DNA of 64,000 nucleotides from Fistulifera solaris. Taxonomy: Eukaryota. Position numbers and translations under genes: made by a program. The DNA is taken from assembly GCA_030295235.1 (NCBI GenBank), contig AP026124.1:1860001-1924000 (forward strand). The letters run 5' to 3'. A model generated the notes under the pieces. That model saw only the letters and a program-made list of their open reading frames with translations, searched no databases and had not been told where the DNA came from. Positions 60,697-64,000 of this stretch are shown piece by piece. How positions within the stretch are numbered: position 1 is the stretch's first letter; the number at the start of each line of letters is the position of its first letter.

Positions 60697-63600
60697 ATGT
60701 CGAGTTTCACAAACGACGACGACGAGTTTCCTGATTTTGCATCGAGCGACGTTCCGAACGTCTCTACGAAAGTGAACGATGAACAAATACCTAACAATCA
60801 AAATGAATCATTGTCTCACGCGGATCAACGAGTAGAAAATGCTGGCATGTTAGCTGTGGAGAAAGTCACAAACAATGATGAAATAAGCCAGGCGTTGCCC
60901 AACGGATTGGACAACTTTGGTGAATTAGAAAGCATGCCAGGGACCTTTGATGAGCCATCAACTCAACCTGTCATCGACTCTGATATTCAGCTGCATCACA
61001 GAAAAATATCGGAAACACTAAAGGGTGAGACTGCGACCCCTTCTGATCCTCAGGACGACTTTGGCTTGTTTGCTAGCTCAGATAATGCGCCGCTACCAAC
61101 GACGATAGGTCAGAATACAGCGCAAGAAAGCGATATCTTTGATGTCTTTGCTGCTGTGATAAATGAAGATACAGTGAAATTATCGGGCAATGCACAGACG
61201 CAACAGTCGCACCTTGACGGTGGCCTTTTCGAGCAGTTGGTGGACGCAAACCCGACCAAAGAAGACGTAGATGAATTTGACGAATTTGATCAGGCGAACG
61301 AGTTAAGTATTAATCCGGCTGAACCATCACTCGTTGAAGACGATCATTGTAGTTTGGGTATAGACCATGCCGATGACGATTTGGGTGACTTTAATTCAGC
61401 AGAAAGAAAGAATGCGGGAGAGTCGGAAGACGAGTTGGCTGAACCAGTGCTTGTCGACCAAGCCAACTTTGACAATTTGGACTTATTAGCCGCCGGGACA
61501 AGACCAACAAGTGAGAACATTGCGAAAGAAGACGTTCATGATTTTGGTGATATCGGCGGTGTCAGTGAAGGCCTTGCAGAAGAGATTGTCGGCGATTCGG
61601 CAGAACCATCGCTGATTAACGATCACGACTCTGTCGACGAATCAAAAGAGACTGCAGATCGGATCACAATAAAATTGAACTCATCGCAAAGTGGCGATAG
61701 CGAATTGAATAAATGTGACGAGGAAAGTGGGGATCTAGTAGGGGAAAAGACCGACAGTGATTTAATGCTCGACACTGATGATACTATTAATCTGTTAGCG
61801 GAAAAACAACACTCGAAGGACGAAAGCAACCATAAGTCGACAGACTCTGACGTGACCCGCGATGGCATCACCGAAGGCTTGGCGGTTGAGTCCGCTGACA
61901 TAGATCAAGTAAACGGCAACCCTTTTGCAGAGATGGCACCAACGCAGAACCCGCAGCAAGAAGACGACGACAACGATGGAATTGTGGACGTTGATGGTGC
62001 TAGTGTAGATGTATTGCCAGACGCAGGGGTCGACCTGGCTGCATCAGCCCTCGCTGTTAGTAGCAATTACGGCTTTGGTGGATATGGTAGTTCCGAGAAT
62101 GCTGCAGGGTTGGTGACGGAGCATACTCAAGGAGTTAATGGGGATGATTTGGGGGCTTTGATGAGGCGACTGGAGACGCACGGAAGGAGTCGGCTGGTGA
62201 ATTGGCCAAAGTGGCGCTTGCAAGTGATTTTGAGGTAACACAACAAGGCAATAACGATGAATTCGGGGAGTTTGATGAGACAATGGGAGAAGCCCCGAAG
62301 GAGTCGTCGGCTGTTGAACCGGCTAAAATAGCGCTTGCACATGACTTTGAGGTTTCACAAGAAGACAATAACGATGAATTTGGGGAGTTTGATGAGACAA
62401 TTGGAAAAGTAGCGGAAACACCAGGTGACGAGCAGACTGACCCAGGTCTTGTGGAAGATCTCTTATTAACAAGTACGCAAGACGACTATGGGGATGATTT
62501 TGGGGACTTTGACGGGGCGGTTGGCGAAATGACCCGAGAGTCTAACGGTGAATCGGCTGAACCGGCTCTTCTGGACGATGCTGAGGGTCTTAGCGATGCT
62601 TCACAAGACGACAATGACGATGATTTTGGGAATTTTAACGGGGTAACTGGAGCAAAGCCGCAACACTTCAATGGCGAACCTGCTGAACATGTGGACGGCG
62701 CTGAAATCTTCTCAAAGACGAATCAAAGTGATGAAATTGCGGACTCGAACAGGGCACGCCGAGAAGCAGAGGAAACCGCACAGGATGCACAAGAACCGAC
62801 TGTCGATGATGATGACGATTTTGGCGACTTTGGGGGCTTTGAAACTGCGGAGTTAGCAACAGAAGTCCAGAGTCAGATAAACGATGACGAAATCAACATT
62901 GGCGACCTTGAGGAGGCGCGAAGTGATATTGCAGAAATATTAGCTGGGCAAGCTTCAGCCGACGACGATGATGACGACTTTGGCGAGTTTGGGAGCTTTG
63001 AAAACGCCGAGTTAACAACGGAAAGTTCAAAACCCAAGCAAGAAATCGATGATGAGTTTGATGAATTTGGCGACTTTGGTGAGGCAAACGCTGGCGCGGA
63101 AGTTGAGAAGGTTGAAGGAACGCAAGCAGAAGCGACAAAAGTGGCCTTGCAGACGAACCAAGAGGCTTGCGGAGCCAGAGCGTTTGCAGAGAGGGCGGAG
63201 TCAACATTTCATACTCTATTTGGACGATTCTCTCGCGAACACGAATTACCGCCAGAAATATCCGAGAAACCGATCACTGGCACTGACATTGTTCCAATCA
63301 GCTCGCTCTTGGTAAGCCCTTGAAATCTTTACTGACTCAATCCTGCACAATCCATTACTCATCTTGTCTTTCAGGAACAGGCGTTGAAAGACAAACCAAG
63401 TTCGCGTGCTCCGATTAATTTGTTTGATTTGCTTCGCGGACCGCAAGAGGCGAATAGCGAACCACCCTTAGCCTTTATCAATCCCAAATCCGTGAATCAA
63501 TCACCGCACCTAAGATATCAAAGCTGGATTTCTAAGTTCAAGCCTACGAACGGTGGATCCTCACCAAAAAATCCATTCCTCCCTACTGATCAAACTTTAC

Positions 63601-63863
63601 AAGCAATGCAAGCAGAAGATAAACACGAAAAACAAGGGGATCGCAAGGATGAAACGACTCAACATACACCGATATCCGAAACCAAGCCTGAAGAGGCCTT
63701 TGTCAAGGAGCCGCCATCATCACTGAGGGAAACCATTGTAGAGCTTCCTCCACTGCCAGCCAAAGCAAGCGATTCCCAATCCGAGCAAGTCGCCGAGTTT
63801 CTCAAACAGATTCCCGACCTATCTTACATGCTTTCATCCACGCTTTCACCTCCTAGCTCCTAA
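60697..63863 (+). CDS. Acidic aftiphilin/gamma-synergin-like adaptor accessory protein (frameshift ~62155; intron 63312-63374)
   Basis: Many D(D/E)FG(D/E)F motifs; C-terminal FLKQIPDLSYML. Confidence 0.6.
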
Positions 63864-64000
63864 ATCATAAAAATGTATTATTATTGCTCTTAAATACCTT
63901 CAAACACTCCGTATTCCTCATGAACATTGACGGCCCTGATTCTGGCCAGATCAAATTGAAAATCTCCGTTCTCGCCATCCATTAGCGCAAGGCCCACTGA

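Overview
Gene-dense eukaryotic nuclear DNA, most likely from a diatom or related stramenopile. This is inferred from short GT-AG introns, bipartite plastid-type presequences and PTS/KG-rich surface proteins. About 27 protein genes are present, mostly housekeeping: DUF179, TAF10, FIP1, PLAC8, EXS, ArfGAP, a CDK-like kinase, DDT-PHD, EMC8/9, PTPMT1, FKBP12, BOP1, SPT5, FAM172A/Arb2, MTR4, an AAA ATPase, AP beta-adaptin, SGNH, proteasome beta1, LRR, a truncated GTPase, NudC and an aftiphilin-like protein. There is also one tRNA-Gly(TCC). Many genes carry 1-bp frameshifts, mostly in homopolymers, which are probably assembly errors. The most interesting non-coding signals are: (1) a box C/D snoRNA candidate in the last MTR4 intron, with two apparent 18S rRNA-complementary elements, one of them bipartite; (2) a ~300-nt multi-hairpin RNA-like element just downstream of the tRNA-Gly; (3) two dispersed palindromic repeat families in intergenic DNA. 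Notable proteins are a signal-peptide-bearing proteasome beta1 and a type-I membrane protein with a cytoplasmic RRM. All family calls come from motif recognition by eye; no database searches were run.
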